NCBI GenBank assembly: GCA_963824385.1
Contig: CAWGPD010000001.1
Span: forward strand, 96,001-160,000
DNA length: 64,000 bases
Source: an uncultured Nitrososphaerota archaeon
GTDB taxonomy: Archaea; Thermoproteota; Nitrososphaeria; Nitrososphaerales; Nitrosopumilaceae
Reading direction: 5' to 3'
The position numbers and the translations under genes are program-made. The notes under the pieces were generated by a model. That model saw only the letters and a list, made by a program, of their open reading frames with translations. It did not search any database and had not been told where the DNA came from. This document shows positions 62,185 to 64,000 of this stretch, one piece after another. Each line of letters starts with the position of its first letter. Position 1 is the stretch's first letter.

Positions 62185-62565
62185 TTATGATGAATGATTT
62201 GATTTGCCTACCATGTTTTGAATTGTTTTCTCAAGAGATAGCATGTCAGTTGTTTTATGTATTGAACAGTTTACACCATTGTCTTGCAATATTTTTAGTT
62301 CACCTTCTGAAATATCGCCTGCTGAAAATACAAGTATTTTATTTTCAGGCATTTTGCCTGTCTGTATCAGTGATTTGACAATATCATATCCTGAAAATTT
62401 TGGCATGGCAAGATCTAACAGTATGGCATCAAACTTTTGGTCTAAAATCATTGCCAGTCCTTCCCTTCCATCGTTTGAGACCAGACACTCATGACCACGA
62501 GAATTCAGATACTCCCTAATCATGGTAGTAATAGTTCGATTGTCATCTATTGCAAGAATTCTCAA
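62185..62565 (-). CDS. Stand-alone response regulator receiver (CheY-like)
   Basis: ILAIDDN, ILLDLAMPKFSG, FSA, HK. Confidence 0.9.
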   Translation of the reverse strand: MRILAIDDNRTITTMIREYLNSRGHECLVSNDGREGLAMILDQKFDAILLDLAMPKFSGYDIVKSLIQTGKMPENKILVFSAGDISEGELKILQDNGVNCSIHKTTDMLSLEKTIQNMVGKSNHSS

Positions 62566-62649
62566 CTATATACAACCAAATCAAATGTCCTTAATAATTT
62601 TAGGTTTCAAGAATACTTGTATGTGTTTGAAGTATAATTGGCACTGAAA

Positions 62650-63531
62650 TTATTTCATTACCGGAAAGTGAAATGCCGCATCAAGTGCAATTGCCACAAA
62701 TATTATTGTAAGATATGGAGCAGTCACCTTGTATGCCTTCCATGCAAACTCTGAAGTTGGAGTCTTTGTCAACTTGTAATGATACACAAACATCAAACCT
62801 CCTGACACCAGAGCAGTTGCCAGATACACGTAACCCAATCCAAATGCCACAAGCATAACAGAATATGGCAACAAGATAGCAGTGTTAAGTAAGATATACT
62901 TGGAAGTTTTTTGCATTCCAATTAGTACTGGAAGCATTGGAACTTTGGCAGCTGTATATTCTTCTTTCATCTTCATTGCAAGACACCAAAAGTGAGAAGG
63001 TGTCCAGACAAAAACTAGAGTACCTACCAATGCACCCAGTATATCCATAGAGCCTGTTGCTGCAGACCATCCTGCCATGGCTGCACAGCTTCCTGCAAAT
63101 CCTCCAATTACAATATTGGACCAGTTATTACGTTTGAGCCAGACCGTGTAGATTATCACATAGAAAAATATCCCCAAAGCAATGAAAAATGTTGATACCG
63201 GATTTATTGTAAACCATGCATATACTACAGAGATGCAGCTTACTGCCAGTCCATAGATCAAAACATTTCGTGCGGACATTCTTCCAGAAGGAATTGGCCT
63301 AGTACTGGTTCGTTTCATCAACGGATCAATGTCTCTATCATAATAGTGATTCAGAGCACTTGATCCCGCAGATGAGAGCGCACCTGCAATTATGAGATTA
63401 AAAAATACAGCATAGTTCAGTGGTGCGTGCATTATCAGTATGCTTGCAGCATACATCGAGGTAATTGCTGTAATAACAAGTAAAACTATGATTCTAGGTT
63501 TCGATATTTCCAGTACTTCCTTTAATCCCAC
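62650..63531 (-). CDS. cyoE: Protoheme IX farnesyltransferase (heme O synthase)
   Basis: SKPRI, NHYYDRDIDPLMKRTSTRPIPSG, WTPSHFW; GTG start at 63531. Confidence 0.94.
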   Translation of the reverse strand: MGLKEVLEISKPRIIVLLVITAITSMYAASILIMHAPLNYAVFFNLIIAGALSSAGSSALNHYYDRDIDPLMKRTSTRPIPSGRMSARNVLIYGLAVSCISVVYAWFTINPVSTFFIALGIFFYVIIYTVWLKRNNWSNIVIGGFAGSCAAMAGWSAATGSMDILGALVGTLVFVWTPSHFWCLAMKMKEEYTAAKVPMLPVLIGMQKTSKYILLNTAILLPYSVMLVAFGLGYVYLATALVSGGLMFVYHYKLTKTPTSEFAWKAYKVTAPYLTIIFVAIALDAAFHFPVMK

Positions 63532-63630
63532 GGTTCTTGGGCAATTTGTAGGGAATTTAATTTCTTCGAAGATTCCCCTTTTCCCACAGTTCAAAAGAAT
63601 TAAGTATTACACAACGTGAAACTACCTCAA

Positions 63631-64000
63631 ATGAGTGACTGGGACCTAATGATGCCAGGAATGGGACTATCGGCAATAGGTCTTGCGGGAGTTATTTTAT
63701 CATACATGGGCATTGCCAATACGTTCCTTACAGGAATGCAGGCATTGTCAGGATTGACATTGTTTGTAGGGTTAGTATTTTTATCAGCTGGAATACTTAG
63801 TGGTGGAGTATCAACTAGCGGACGTGCAAAAGCAACCACTCTTGTAATCTTTGGCATAGCTGGATTTGTTGCAACATATGCCATCAGTTTGAATAAAGCA
63901 ATCACATCATTGCCACTATTTGTTGGAATACTCATAATGATACTTGTTCCAACCATAGTAATTGCATTTACTGCAATGAAAATTCCAAAATATCTTAAAC
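63631..64000 (+). CDS. Polytopic membrane protein, 5' part (runs off the window)
   Basis: Open frame from ATG 63631: MSDWDLMMPGMGLSAIGLAGVILSYMG... with several TM helices. Confidence 0.75.
   Translation, partial: MSDWDLMMPGMGLSAIGLAGVILSYMGIANTFLTGMQALSGLTLFVGLVFLSAGILSGGVSTSGRAKATTLVIFGIAGFVATYAISLNKAITSLPLFVGILIMILVPTIVIAFTAMKIPKYLK

Noticed and set aside
768..63956. Many short antisense or overlapping ORFs in the six-frame track (e.g. 10696..11184, 52938..53318, 63627..63956)
   Set aside because: They are shadows of well-supported genes on the other strand or frame and have no motifs of their own.

Overview
A 64-kb, AT-rich, gene-dense archaeal chromosome segment. Gene content (thaumarchaeosortase, Alba, Nre, aEF-1beta, CDC48, small Zn-finger proteins) points to Nitrososphaerota (Thaumarchaeota), possibly Nitrosotalea-like; this is an inference. 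Most of it is housekeeping: pepF, pdaD, ppa, ilvB-ilvH-leuA-leuB, aspS, nusA-like, dppD/dppF, smc, ino1, dys, dinB, crcB, pth2, GGR, cdc48 and cyoE. Four things stand out. (1) At 24853-33004 two complete ~3.8-kb IS6-family cargo transposons plus the end of a third are stacked in tandem at one site upstream of nusA. Each end starts GGTTCTGT and is separated from the next by the same 8-bp repeat CGAAATTA. Each complete element has a central SWIM/Zn-ribbon/DDE transposase, a divergent small regulator with palindromic operators, and passenger genes, including a COMM-domain-like + AbrB + PIN operon. (2) A 20-codon Ile/Leu/Val-rich leader ORF with mutually exclusive hairpins lies directly before ilvB, resembling a bacterial ribosome-dependent attenuator. 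(3) A hydrogenase-4-like hyfBCEFGI operon lacks the NiFe-binding cysteines (Ehr type). (4) A short CysRS paralogue with an altered metal site is coupled to a GNAT gene near ino1. About 12 single-base frameshifts and 3 in-frame TGAs in conserved genes most likely reflect systematic sequencing or assembly error. All protein family calls come from motif recognition by eye, not from database searches.
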